This document shows positions 26,601-40,057 of a stretch of 64,000 bases of DNA, in pieces (within the stretch, counting starts at the first letter, position 1; each line of letters begins with the position of its first letter). The notes below the pieces were generated by a model. The model was not told the DNA's origin, did no database searches, and was given only the letters and a program-made list of their open reading frames with translations. Origin of the DNA: Eledone cirrhosa (lineage: Eukaryota); NCBI GenBank assembly GCA_964016885.1, contig OZ024750.1:26598001-26662000 (forward strand), given 5' to 3'. A program made the translations under genes and the position numbers.

Positions 26601-27617
26601 AGAGGTCCCTAGCCTGGCAGTGCTACGCATCTCTCTGTCAACCGGGGGGTGGGGGCGGAGTTGCCGTTTTGCTGCGGAAACACTTGGGCCTCGTAACACA
26701 GACGGTACATCTGGAGCTGGAGGATCGACTGGTGGTCCTAGACGTTGACGGTAGTGAAGGTGGAGCCTTCAGGCTGGTGGCCGCATATGCCCCATCCGGG
26801 ACACCGCGGCCAGACTTCTTCAAACGTCTAGAGACTTTTCTGGGAACGACCCGCTCCTTGCTTTTAGTGGGCGACTGGAATGGAATCCTAGATGCACGTT
26901 GGGACTATGTGGGAGCACGTCCCGATAAAGGGGGGGGGGGTGTAACAGCCTCAAACAGTTAATCGACCGATTTGACCTGGCCGATAGATATCGACTAGAT
27001 TTTCCGACTGCGCTACTGTGGACGTGGAGTAATCGTAGCGGAACATCTAGATCGTACCTAGATAGGGTTCTAGTTAGAAATACGGATAGGGACATGTTAA
27101 GCAGTCCACAAATGTTCATGGTTGCCTATTCAGATCACAAACCGTTCGAGAAAAGCTCTACAGACACGGGCGCCCGGGCAGGGATCCCGCGAAAAAGATC
27201 TGTCCCAGATGCGTGCGCGACGAGGAAACCGTTGCGCACGCACTGGTACACGGCCCGGGCGTTGCCGATCTGTGGGGCTACGTCGAACGACTGATGTCGC
27301 GTGTGGCGCCGATTCGATTGACCGCCGAGTCTGTGGTGAACATCAAGCCGCCTCCTCCCTTCAGAAATGAAGCAGAGGCGGTCTTTCTGTGCGTAATAGC
27401 CATGATGAAAGAGGTTGTGTGGTGGACGCGCCTGAAAGGTCTGAGGTGGGGTGTCTTTCTCTCCGGCCAACACCTGGTTTACTTCTTCCGATACCACTTC
27501 GGAAGAAGGATCAGGATGGAGAGAGAAGTGCTTGGCCCCAGACAATTTTATGAAAGGTGGGTGAAAGAAGCGAGAATGGCTCGTGTAAATGGGCCTTCTC
27601 TCTACATTGTTCTGTAG
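23687..27617 (+). pseudogene. Tx1 ORF2 (APE + RT + CCHC), stop at 24446-24448, foreign insert at 26627-27142
   Basis: ORF track 23687-24448, 24482-26962 and 27213-27617. Confidence 0.88.
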
Positions 27618-27848
27618 GTGAAGAAGTGAAGAGGAAAGGGGGAGCGCCTCCTCTCTGAGCTTCCCCCGCGAAAAGGGTTGCACACTTTTCGGGGGTATGT
27701 GCAATCCCCAATCCCTTTTGAGGACTTTTATTATTATATTATTCTTATTGTTATGCCTTTTTCTTTACTCGCATTTATGTAAACTCCCTCCTGTGTATTT
27801 GTCCCTTTCTCTTGTGCCCTAGTGGCAAATAAATAGAAATCTATCTAT

Positions 27849-28039
27849 ATGTCTGTCCTGTTAGTCCGTACGTCCTTCCGTCCATTCGTCCATCCATCCA
27901 TCCCGGCTTTTTAGTGTATTGTTTATTGTCAATTACGTGCGTTGACGCTGTTAAATTAAATTTACGTAAATTCAAAAAAATTACAAGGCACACAATGGAC
28001 CGATTAATCTTATGTCCACTAATAAATGCAGAAATATCT
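27849..28039 (+). repeat. ~190 bp direct repeat (second copy 33521-33710)
   Basis: ATGTCTGTCCTGTTAGTCCGTACG…ATAAATGCAGAAATATCT recurs with only a handful of differences. Confidence 0.9.
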
Positions 28040-31000
28040 AATGGAGACCATCACGAACGACCCTTCGGTGAAAACCGAAGGGAAAACTTTCGCCCACTCT
28101 ATTAAAAATAACAAAAAACTGAACCTAAAACTGATTAGGGTCCCTATACAAACTTATAGGTCCCTAAAAGAAACATTTGAGAAGGATGTGGGGAATTCCT
28201 GCGTGAAACCACTTAACCGCGTCCTTCTCAAATGTCTCCCCACCCCAGACACCCCCATCCCCCCACCCCACCAAACATCTCCGTCCCCACCCCGCCGGAA
28301 ACCACCACCCATCCAGACAACCCCTCCAACAGCCCCATGGAAATCGTGCGGCCTGGTCCCCAGGAGACGGAGGGTGGGTGATCTCTTTTCCTCTTTTAAC
28401 TTTTCAGCACCAACATGGCCAATATAAGAGTTGGATGTGTGAACGTACGCGGCCTGGGAATGCTCTGGAAACAGGGCAAACTCTTAAACGACCTCAGGTC
28501 GCACAGTATGGATGTGGTAGCCATTTGCGAGTCCAGGATCCACGGCGAGCGACAGCTGGCCCCCATCTTCGATGACTTTGAGATCTACGCATCTCTCTGT
28601 CAACCGGGGGGTGGGGGCGGAGTTGCCGTTTTGCTGCGGAAACACCTGGGCCTCGTAACACAGACGGTACATCTGGAGCCGGAGGGTCGACTGGTGGTCC
28701 TAGACGTTGACGGTAGTGAAGGTGGAGCCTTCAGGCTGGTGGCCGCATATGCCCCATCCGGGACACCGCGGCCAGACTTCTTCAAACGTCTAGAGACTTT
28801 TCTGGGAACGTCCCGCTCCTTGCTTTTAGTGGGCGACTGGAATGGAATCCTAGATGCACGTTGGGACTATGTGAGAGCATGTCCCAATAAAGGGGGGTGT
28901 AACAGCCTCAAACAGTTAATCGACCGATTTGACCTGGCCGATAGATATCGACTAGATTTTCCGACTGCGCTACTGTGGACGTGGAGTAATCGTAGCGGAA
29001 CATCTAGATCGTACCTAGATAGGGTTCTAGTTAGAAATAAGGATAGGGACATGTTAAGCAGTCCACAAATGTTCATGGTTGCCTATTCAGATCACAAACT
29101 AGTAACCTGCATGGCCAACCTTGATAGAACGCATAGACAAGGACACGGCTACTGGAAGCTGAACTTGTCGTTACCGACAAGCAAAGCCTACAGTAGACGG
29201 ATTACCACTTTAGTTAAACAGCACTTGACAGGGGCCATTGTCAACAACATATGGTGGTACTCTCTCAAGAGGACAGTTAGATTAGACTCGTTAGTTTTTA
29301 GTAAAGAATTAGCGTTAGATAGAAATATAACCGAGAAGGAACTGGTAGATAAAGTAGAAGAGGCAATTATAAGTGGCAACGTAGCCAACGTGCTAGCAAC
29401 GAGAACGGCCTTGGACCAGTTCTTCGACGCAAAACACGAGGGCTGCGTTGTCAGAAGCAAAATATGTGCTCTGGGAAACGAGGGAGCCAAAGCTGTTAGC
29501 TGGGCTCGAGTGACGGAGGCAAAAAGTGGCAACAAGTCCACGATTCGGTCTTTGAAGGACCAAAACGGATGCGTGATACGTGAGCCGAAGCAGATGTGTG
29601 CGGCCTTTCAGTGGCACTTTGCTCAACTGTTCGAGCGGGGCGGCGCGCCGGGAGGGGCTATGAATTTCGATCCATACCTCGACGGCCTACCGCGACTCTC
29701 TGACAGCGAGGCAAAGTTCTGCGAAAAGCCGATTTCAGCCGCTGAGATAGGGGACGCGTTGAGCCAATGCGGCAAACGCAAAAATCCAGGTCTCGACGGT
29801 CTACCCTACGAATTTTACGTAGCAATGCCGGACTTATTCTCCGGTCTCCTGGAAGCGGTCTACTGCAACTGGCAACAGAACGGGAGAATTCCCAGTTCTG
29901 TAACCGGGGGCGTAGTCACACTAATCAGGAAGGACGAGAATAAGGGGATGACATTGGCAACTTCCGGCCCATAACTCTGCTAAACACAGAGTTACAGATT
30001 TTGGCCAAGGTGTTGGCAAAGAGGCTGGCGCTAGTCGTCGAGAACCTGGTGGGAGAAGCGCAGACATGCGCAATCCCGACCAGGTCCATACACGACATCC
30101 TCGACCTCATGCGATACATCATAGAGAGGGTAGAGTGTAAACCCGGCTTCGGTGGGGCCCTGATCAACTTGGATCAGTCTAAGGCTTTCGATAGGGTTAA
30201 CCATCGCTACCTGGATGCAGTGCTCGAGGCGGCAGGCTTCAGACCCGTGTTGAGGGGCTGGATTGCTGCAATGCACAACAGCAACATCAGCTCAAGGGTC
30301 AAGGTAAACGGCTACCTCTCGGAGCCGTTCCATATTACTCGATCCATTCGACAGGGATGCCCTCTCTCCTCCCTTCTGTACATACTGACTCTCGAGCCAC
30401 TACTGCGGAAGTTGGAGCTATTGCAGGGCATCCCTCTGGAATCGGGACTGCGGAAAGTGGCGTCGGCCTACGCCGACGACGTGACTGTAATGGTGCCGAC
30501 CGCCTCGCAAATCGAGGAAGTCGGCACCTTACTGAAGGAATACGAAAGTTTCACAGGAGCGAAGCTGAACCGAGACAAGTCCATCGGTTTGCAACTCGGA
30601 TCGTGGAGAGGCAAACCGATGCCTTCCGATGGCGTCGTCGGACGCTGGACAGAAGGACCGGTAAAGCGGCTCGGGGTCTGGTTTGGTCCGGACCTCCAGG
30701 TGGTAAAGAACTGGAACGAAGTGATAGCCAAGGTGTTTGCACTCACCCAGAAGTGGGCCGAGTGCAAACTAACCTTGAGCGGTCGAGCGGAGGTGGCGAA
30801 CACTTTTATAGCGTCCGCCATCTACTACCGCTTGACCGTCGTGCCCTGTCCAGCCAAAACGCTCGCCAAAATGGAACGCGCGCTCTTCCAATTCCTTTGG
30901 AAGAGGCGGGCTCCTTTGTTGAGAAGATCCATCTGCTGCCAACACCCTTCTAACGGAGGGCTGGGGATGCCGTGGTTGACAATGCGCAAACACGCGCTCA

Positions 31001-32066
31001 GGCTGCGGCATCTCTACGTATTCCTCACCGGACAACCGGTGTGGGCCCCGTTCGTGAGGCGAGACTTCCCACGACTCGTCTCGCTGACCGAGCTGCAGTC
31101 CTGGGTCAAGCAAAGACCGAGGAAAATGGGCGACTGGCACATCGAATGTGCTCAGGCGCTCACAGCCCTCTGGCAGGCGGACCCGGCGATCAGTGGAGAC
31201 TCCACTTCGTCATTCTATAGAGGGTTGGTCCGCAGCAAGTGCGACGACGCGCTCGGTGAAACTCTAGGCGTAGAGGAAGATGAACTGGCCAGTCTGTTCG
31301 GTAGGACCTTCCGCCCGGGACCGATGGACAACTTCCAAAAGTCCCTGGCCTGGCAGTGCTACCGAGGAGCTCTACCAGTTCGAGACAAGCTCTACAGACA
31401 TGGGCGCCCGGGCAGGGACCCAGCAAGACGAAGAAACCGTCGCGCACGCATTCATACACTGCCCGGGCGTCACTGACCTGTGGGGCTATGTAGAACGACT
31501 ATTGTCGCGGGTGGGACCAATCCAGTTGACCACCGAGTCCATTGTCATGATCAAACCGCCACCCTCCTTCAAAAACGAAGGAGAGGCGGTTTTCCTTTGT
31601 GAGATAGCTATGGCGAAAGAGGTTGTATGGTGGACAAGGTTGAAAGGGCTGAGGTCAGACACCTTTCTCCCCGGCCAACAACTGATTCTTTTTTTCAAAT
31701 ACCACTTTGGAAGAAGAATCAGGATGGAGAGAGAGGTGCTGTACCCCAGCAAGTTTTATGAAAGGTGGGTGAAAGTGGCGAGAATGGCCCGAGTGAATGG
31801 GCCTTCTCTCTATATCAGCCTGTAGGTTGAGGAAAAGGAGGAGGAGAGGAAAGGAGTACAAGCTCTTCGTACTCCTGGAGATGAGGGTTGCACATTTTTT
31901 TTCGGGGGTATGTGTTACCCATATAAACTGTCTCCCTCTATTGGGGAAAATCGACTAACTTTTTAAATTCCATTTGTGATAACATTTTACACGTTTTTAT
32001 TGTATGTAAACTTCCCCCTTTGTATTTGTCCCCTTCTTTTGTGCCCCTGTGGCTAATAAAGAAATA

Positions 32067-32071
<5 letters not shown>
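28040..32071 (+). mobile_element. Second Tx1 subfamily copy, 5'-truncated within ORF1
   Basis: ORF1 tail 28040-28400; ORF2 28415-31825 with frameshifts at ~29945 and ~31420; ends AATAAAGAAATATATCTA(TCTA)n. Confidence 0.92.
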
Positions 32072-32119
<48 letters not shown>

Positions 32120-32136
32120 ATCTACCTATCTACCTA

Positions 32137-33520
32137 CCGGACCTCCAGGTGGAAAAGAACTGGAACGAGGTTACGAACAAGGTGTTTGCACTAACCCAGA
32201 AATGGGCCAAGTGTAAGCTGTCCCTAAAAGGCCGGGCGGAGGTGGCGAACATTTACATAGCGTCCGTCACTTACTACCGCCTGACTGTCGTGCCTTGCCC
32301 TAAGGAAACACTCACCACCATGGAACGCATGCTCTTCCAATTTCTTTGGAAGAAGCGTCCTCCTATGGTGAGAAGATCCATCTGCTGCCAACAACCTTCG
32401 AAAGGAGGGCTGGGGATGCCGTGGTTGATGATGCGTAGGCACGCATTAAGGCTACGGCACCTACAGGTATTCCTCACTGGTCAACCGGTGTGGGCTCCGT
32501 TCGTGAAACGAGCCTTTCCGAGACTCGTCTCACTCACCGAGCTACAGTCCTGGGTCAAGCAAAGATCCGGAAAACTGGGAGACTGGCACACTGAGTGTGC
32601 TCAGGCGCTCAGGGCTCTCTGGCAAGCGGGCCGGGCCATCGGTGGAGAATCCACCTCATCATTCTATAGAGGGCTGGTGGCTAGCAGGGGCGATGACACC
32701 CTTGGAGAGTCGCTGGACATGGAGGAAGACGAACTGGCCAGCCTGTTCGGTAGGACTTTCGGCCCAGGACCAATGGACAACTTCCAGAAGTCACTGGCCT
32801 GGCAGTGCTACCGAGGGGCTCTACCCGTTCGAGAGAGGCTCTACAGACACGGGCGCCCGGGCAGGGATCCCTCAAAAAAGATTTGCCCTAGATGCGTGCG
32901 TCACGAAGAAACCGTGGCGCACGCATTGGTGCAATGTCCGGGCGTGGCTGATCTGTGGGGCTACGCCGAACAACTGCTGTCGCGGGTGGCGCCGATAAAA
33001 TTGACCGCCGAGTCCGTGATGACAATCAAACCGCCTCCCCTCTTCACAAAGGAAGCAAAGGCGGTTTTTCTGTGCGTAATAGCCATGTTGAAAGAGGTTG
33101 TTTGGTGGACACGATTGAAAGGTCTGAGGTCAGGCAACTTCCTCTCTGGCCATAGTCTGGTCTACTTCTTCCGATATCACTTCGGAAGAAGGATAAGAAT
33201 GGAGAGAGAGGTGCTTGGCCACAGGCAGTTTTATGAAAGGTGGGTGATAGTGGCGAGAATGGCTCGTGTAAATGGGCCTTCTCTGTATACCATCCTGTAG
33301 GTAAAGAAGTAAAGGAGAGGGGAGCACCTTCTCCATGTGCTCCCCGGGCAAAGGATTGCACACTTTTTCGGGGGTGTGTGCAACCCCCATCACGTCCCCT
33401 CCCTTTTGAGGTTATTTTCGATTATTTTCATGTTACACCCTTTTTACTCGATTATATGTAAACTCCCCCTTTGTATTTGTCCCTTCTTTTTATGCCTTTA
33501 TGGTAAATAAAGAAATCTAT
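32137..33520 (+). mobile_element. 5'-truncated Tx1 copy (thumb, CCHC, 3' UTR)
   Basis: PDLQVEKNW…CPRCVRHEETVAHALVQC…NGPSLYTIL, open to 33300; starts in (TCTA)n/(CCTA)n and ends AATAAAGAAATCTAT. Confidence 0.9.
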
Positions 33521-33879
33521 ATGTTTGTCCTGTTAATCCGTACGTCCTTCCGTTCATTCGTCCATTCACCCATCCCGGCTTTTTAGTGTATTGTTTATTG
33601 TCAATTATTGCGTTGACGCTGTTAAATTAAATTTACGTAAATTCAAAAAAACTGCAAGGCACACAATGGACCGATTAATCTTATGTCCACTAATAAATGC
33701 AGAAATATCTTACATCTTTACTGTTTTTTGAAAAAGTAGGAAATATTGGTCGATAGACTACAATAGGCACTCCTAGCTAAAACAATATTATTTTATAATC
33801 TTCTCTACGTTCGCTCACTTCTCAATTTCATTTCCTTCTCTACATTTCTTTTGACTCTCACTTTTGCTCTTTCTTTTTT

Positions 33880-34245
33880 TCTGACCCATCAAGCCTTTCT
33901 TAACTCTGGTACAAACACTGGCGCTTTACTTTCTCGTATGCGATTCGAGATGCCCCAAAAGCAACTTTTCCATCATATACAGTCTTTCTCCATTTATTAC
34001 GATCAGCAGCAATATTCTCCCATGAATCAGCAGAGATGTTAGCGTCTTTCAGAGAGGCTTTCAAGGAATCCTTATACCTCTTTTTTGGTTTATGTGGCGG
34101 TCGTTTTCCTTTAACCAACTCTCCATAAAAGAGTTGTTTTGGTATTCTAGAATCCTTCATCCTGGCAAGGTGACCACTCCAACGGAGTCGGTGCTTAAGC
34201 ACAAGAGCTTCTATACTGTCACACATAGAGCTTTATAGGGAGATT
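33880..34245 (-). mobile_element. RTE-clade LINE 3' fragment
   Basis: SIEALVLKHRLRWSGHLARMKDSRIPKQLFYGEL..GKRPPHKPKKRYKDSLK…DRNKWR. Confidence 0.85.
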
Positions 34246-34316
34246 ATAGATATGACAACACACGCTGTCTTTTCGTGGGGGTACATACATACATACATAC
34301 ATACATACATACATAC

Positions 34317-35575
34317 AGTCAACGCGATATTTGGGCGGGGGAGACTATTTATTAAATTTAAGATGAATACCATCTCCGACAGTAATGTCACAACTACAGT
34401 CATGTTGAATAACTGGTTATTCTTCTAACTATATCTTTTGAAGACACCTTTTATTCGAATTGGTCGAGATATCCGACTAAATACATAATTCATTTTACAA
34501 GGATTTGCTACAAACAGCATGGCTGAACACAACATCAACAACAATATTAAGGAAGTACCGAAAACAAATAACAAGGAAGGTAAACAAACTATATTCAGTT
34601 GTAGCTCCAGAAGAAACCGAAATTATAAATCGCATTTCTCTTGGAGTTGCGAACTTAATAATGATTTATTTAATTGTTATAAAATGGCAAAAAACAATCC
34701 CTCCATTGGCTATATGAACAGAATGAAGCTACACTGGGACGAAATACACCCAGAGCTAAATTATTTCAGAGCGAAACAATTACGCCAACAAGCCTCATTT
34801 GTTAAACGTAAAAATAAGATAAATATTATTAATTATAAGTCCCCACAACAAACATGTTATCAACAACACGTGCTACAGGTCGCCATTCTACTAGACTTCC
34901 TAGCAGTCAGGTCAAACAGCGCCTTGAAACAACTATGCCTGTAAGAAACTTGACACAACTTGTACCATCTAAGTCTACCTCGAATGCTGGGGAAAACACT
35001 ATCGATAATAATAATAATCGAAGAAATGATAATAATAATCGAAGAAATTTGACACCACGTGTACCATCCAAGTCTACCTCGACTGTAGTGGAAAATACTA
35101 TCGATAATGTTAATAATCAAAAGTATAAACAATTGAAATTTTCCCTCGACGAAATCTTCCAGGAAGAAATTAATTCATGTATAAATATCTCTCTTGCTGA
35201 ACGTATTAAAACGACAATGTTTCATAAAAAAACAAATAATGAAATATTACGTGTTATTGACGAAATAGGGGATGAATATTTACGACGGATAAAAACCCCA
35301 ACATTTTGGCAAATCAACGCCTGTTTATATGCCTTAGCAACGACAGTGAAGTATTATCTTGGTGATAGCAGAGATATTAACAAGAACAGAACACCACCAA
35401 AAATACCATCATATATAACTAAAAGAGAAAAAAAGATTGATGACCTACGAAAAAACATAGGATATGTGACAATGCTCCTTACATGCAAACAAACACAAAA
35501 ACACCTCATTCCTCACCAACAAAGAGTGAAAAATAAAATAGAGACGATGTTTGGTAACAGTAGAACCAGAACAAC
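34317..35575 (+). mobile_element. 5' portion of an R4/Dong-like element
   Basis: WSCELNNDLFNCYKMA…GYMNRMKLHWDEIHP…QLRQQA and WQINACLYA…PSYITKREKKIDDLRKNIG resemble the pre-RT region of R4/Dong ORFs; begins right after (TACA)n. Confidence 0.6.
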
Positions 35576-35642
35576 CTGTAAGGTTTCACATGTCGCTCTT
35601 GACACTGGCTGCAGATTATTTTAACAGTGCTTCTCCTCTTCT

Positions 35643-35644
<2 letters not shown>

Positions 35645-35673
<29 letters not shown>

Positions 35674-35700
35674 ATTTATGTATATATATTTGTGTGTGTG

Positions 35701-35758
<58 letters not shown>

Positions 35759-35892
35759 TATATGTGTGTGTATATGTATATATATATATGTGTGCGTATA
35801 TGTATATATGTGTGTGTATATGTATATATATATGTGTGTGTATGCATATATATATATGTGTGTATATCTATATATGTGTGTATATGTATATA

Positions 35893-35923
<31 letters not shown>

Positions 35924-36308
35924 GAGTGTGTATGTGTATATATGTGTGTGTGAATATATATATATATATAAGTTAAAACAATGAAATAAAAAATCAAGTC
36001 ATTAGAGATATACTTCACTGCTTTACGATCGTTTCTAGGTGATGATAATACATTGTAACTATACTTCGTTATTGATCTATGTAAGGTTAGTTACAGAATA
36101 TCAGATAAAGAGAATATTTACTTACATGCATATCACCAGCTGTTTTACCTTATATTATGACTTTGCTTTCTGGGATTTATCTTAACCTACAACATTTTCA
36201 ACACATGGATTACACTGAGTTCTTCATGCAGAACAGACCCCACAACTTACCGTGGATATCTGTGTGTATATATATATATAAGTGTGTGGTAGGTGTGGAT
36301 GTATATAT

Positions 36309-36377
<69 letters not shown>

Positions 36378-36557
36378 AATGAAGTAATTCCATCGGAAAA
36401 GTCCAGGAAAAAAGAGTGCTCTATGTATGCAACAGAGCTTAATTATTATTATTATGTAATAAACAACATAAGGCAATTATTCCATTTACCAGTGGTTTCT
36501 TTTGCTTTTAAGAAACCACTGGTAAATGGAATAATTGCCTTATGTTGTTTATTACAT

Positions 36558-36617
<60 letters not shown>

Positions 36618-36637
36618 ATGTGTATATATATATGATG

Positions 36638-36709
<72 letters not shown>

Positions 36710-36722
36710 ATTTATGTATACA

Positions 36723-36754
<32 letters not shown>

Positions 36755-36940
36755 CATATTTATTTATTTATTCATTGTGTAATGAAAAAAGGAAGAAGAG
36801 AAAGAAAGAAGTGCAAGCAATATTTCTAGTAATCCAACACAACGATAGGGACGTTAGTGATAATGCTGACAGCAACAACAACAACAGCAACATCATGGTG
36901 AAGTGTAATAAACACCAAATTATCTCTGTGTCATTAGACT

Positions 36941-37002
<62 letters not shown>
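35645..37002. repeat. Compound microsatellite zone (TA/TG/GA/CTA)
   Basis: Tracts at 35645-35970, 36305-36372, 36562-36740 and (CTA)n 36943-37002. Confidence 0.9.
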
Positions 37003-37003
<1 letters not shown>

Positions 37004-37084
37004 GTACGCTAACTTCCTAACCTCGGTCTGCCTGACTCTGAATATGAGTTTTATGAAGGACGTGTCATAGGTCCGGTGTGTACA

Positions 37085-37700
37085 CCTGTTCACAGTTACA
37101 CCTGTCCAGCAGTTTCGGCAGGTGTCTTATTCTTAGATCTTATATGACAACCATCCTTTGTTGGTATCACAAATCTTCCTTGTAGAAGGAAAGATTGGCA
37201 GCAAATGAAGCTCCTGGACCTCGGAACCTGCCTCTTCCACGACAGGTACAGTAGTATATGGTCTAAGCTAGTTATATATGTCCTTGGATGATGTATAGTG
37301 GTCACCAGCGAAGGTACATCGGTGTTAACTACATCTGTCCGACTTTTTTTGTGTGATAGATTCTGAGTGAAACTGACCACTCTGTTTGTAGGATCTTTTC
37401 AGTTTTCATCCATCTACAGATCTAGTCGGGATCGAGCAGCAAGCACTTTAAGCGAACCCTCAATCCAGCGAATGAAATCTCCGCCCGCATTAATTTGCCT
37501 TTCTAGGTACCTATTTGGAAACCTATCGACATGTTCCCGTTAATGTATGTTCCAATAAACTCTTCGTTCTCCTCGAGAATGGACAGACTACTTTCATTTT
37601 TTTAATTTTTCCTACATCAATCTCGGTGACATTAACTGCGAATGAAGACACAGCTCAGAGCCCCAGTTTGAACAAGATCTCATTTAACTGCTCTAAATTA
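37085..37700 (-). mobile_element. Highly decayed Tx1 RT fragment
   Basis: RTDVVNT…LDHILLYLSWKRQVPRSRSFICCQ…QGRFVIP aligns by eye to RAEVANT…MERALFQFLWKRRAPLLRRSICCQ…GGLGMP of the Tx1 copies. Confidence 0.6.
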
Positions 37701-37914
37701 CACAGCCGTGGAACATATGAAGACAAAGCTCTCTGAGCCCTAGTTTGATCAGCTGTTTCTTCAACTGGTCTAAATTACACAACAGTAGAACCAGCATAAA
37801 AAACAATGCCTATTTGCTAACATGTTTGCTTACCTTTGTACGTAAGACATATTGTTTCAGAGACAAACATACATAAAATAAACAAAAAGAAAAATAGATA
37901 GATAGACAGTGTGG

Positions 37915-37983
<69 letters not shown>

Positions 37984-37989
<6 letters not shown>

Positions 37990-38333
37990 ATACTTGGGGA
38001 GGGTCATATTTGTGTAATATTGCCAGAATTAATAACAGAACACACTCACTGTTTGGTTGGTTTTCGCTGTCTTTTATATCGGTAATCTAACTTACTCAGT
38101 CCTCAATGTTGCCATTCACTGACCGACGGTCAAAAATAATACTAATACAATATAGACACAAACACATATATATATAGTTTATCATAAATCTTTCGTTGCA
38201 CATCTGCAACATCGTCAGTGGTGTTATATTTTCCTCCTGTTGTGTTGTATGTCTACGCCATTTTTATTCAGTCTCCCCAAGTATAATAATATTTGTTTCG
38301 ACACACGATTTCATATAAAAAACCTCGCAAAAC
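37984..38333. mobile_element. Non-autonomous PLE pLTR fold-back (family of 50.6-51.9 kb) with HHR-like motif at 38183-38220 (-)
   Basis: 37984-38273 is the reverse complement of 51565-51880; then a short direct end CTCCCCAAGTATAATAATAT plus extension; (TA)n on both sides. Confidence 0.8.
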
Positions 38334-38336
38334 TAT

Positions 38337-38388
<52 letters not shown>

Positions 38389-38447
38389 ATATATGATATT
38401 CAAAATATTAATAAATGAGAAATATTTTGATAACCAAAGTATATATT

Positions 38448-38503
38448 TTATTATACATATTTCAAGGGTACAATGGTTTTTGAGAAACGCTTTCGTCAGA
38501 TAA
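38448..38503 (-). ncRNA. Hammerhead ribozyme in a ~160 bp TA-flanked insert
   Basis: UUAU-CUGACGA-AAGcG…CcCUU-GAAA UAUGUA UA^AUAA. Confidence 0.65.
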
Positions 38504-38555
38504 GTCATAAGAGATTGGTTATTAGACATACCCCTAAGGTCTCCTACCTTCAATC

Positions 38556-38595
<40 letters not shown>

Positions 38596-38858
38596 GTGTA
38601 TAATGGTAGCTATGGTGCTTCCATAGGCGGTATGCCAAAATTACACTCGATGCAGGTGCGGGTGTATGCATATGTGGCCCTCTATATGTGTGTATTTGTG
38701 CATACATGTATGTGTTTATGTGCATCTCACTGGAATGTGTGCGGATGATTATATATGGAGTATATATGCTTTTTATTATTACTATTATTCTTGGTGTATT
38801 ACTTTTTCACATATCCTTTTTATATATCCGTATATGTATGTATGAATCTGTGTACATA

Positions 38859-38980
<122 letters not shown>

Positions 38981-39379
38981 GAGCGATATATATATATATT
39001 ATTATATTTCATGTTACGGTAATTTACCGTTATTTTATGGTATATTGTGTTTGTTATTGTATAATGTATTTTTAACTTTTAATTTACGGTTTTGTTTATA
39101 TATTTATATGTGGAAGCACATGTGTGTGTAGGCAAATATGCATATGTGCAGGTGTATGCATGTGGAAGCACGTGTGCGTATGCATATGTAGATGTATATA
39201 TGTCGGTATATGCGTAGGTATTTGTATGTGGCTGTGCGTATGCATGTTAGGTTGTTGTTTTATTGTGTGTGTATATATATATATGTGTGTGTGTATGTAC
39301 GTGTGTATGTAATTTTTGTGTACGTATGTGTATTTTGTATATATGTGTGCGTATGTGTGAGTATATATATATATGTGTT

Positions 39380-39416
<37 letters not shown>

Positions 39417-40057
39417 GTGTATATATATATATACACATATATGTGTATGTATATGTGTATGTATATATGTGCGTGTATGAGTGCGTATATATATATGTTT
39501 ATATAAATGTATATAAGGTTAGGCGTATGTATGTGTGCGCGCGTATGTATGCATATATTTGTATGTTTGAGTAGGCCATGCTTATCCCACCGGATACATG
39601 GCGCGAATTAAGCAGCCGTCATAAGGCTTGTGGCGATATGTATCTACAAGTGGGTGTGACTGGGTCCGTGGAAGTGAGGGAGAGAGTGTGTGTGTATATA
39701 TACATATACGTATGTATGTGGGGCGTATGTATCTGCGCATGTAGGCGTACGTGTGTGTATGCATAAATCTGTCTGTGTCTGCATGTGTGTGTGTATGTGT
39801 GTGTATATTAGTATGTGTGGGTGCTTACTCTGAAGTGTGAACAGACGTGTGAGATACTGAACCCAGCATGACTCCATTGAAATGTGTCGGACGGAAAAAT
39901 TGCTGATGACCCGTGTGGCATAAAATACTGACCAGAACTTGTGATGACGTGGAGTAAAAACAGCCAATGGCATGACAGGAGTGGAAGTAGGGTTTTTTGA
40001 GGGTGTTTTTTTTTATGATAACACCCCAGTGATAAAATTAGCTCCCAACGAAATACC

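Larger units (their letters stand above)
21810..27846 (+). mobile_element. Near full-length Tx1-clade LINE (ORF1 + APE-RT-Zn knuckle ORF2), disrupted
   Basis: ORF1 fragments 22010-23681. APE: CLNARGL, VCESR, GGGVA, LVGDWNG, SYLDRF, SDHK, GPGYWKMN. RT: SPGLDGLP, NFRPITLLN, DQSKAFDRV, RQGCPLS, AYADDV, GGLGMP. Starts after (TCTA)n and ends AAATAGAAATCTATCTAT. Confidence 0.92.

Noticed and set aside
24559-33461. Many short antisense or alternate-frame ORFs within the Tx1 array
   Set aside because: Shadow ORFs of GC-rich ORF2 sequence.
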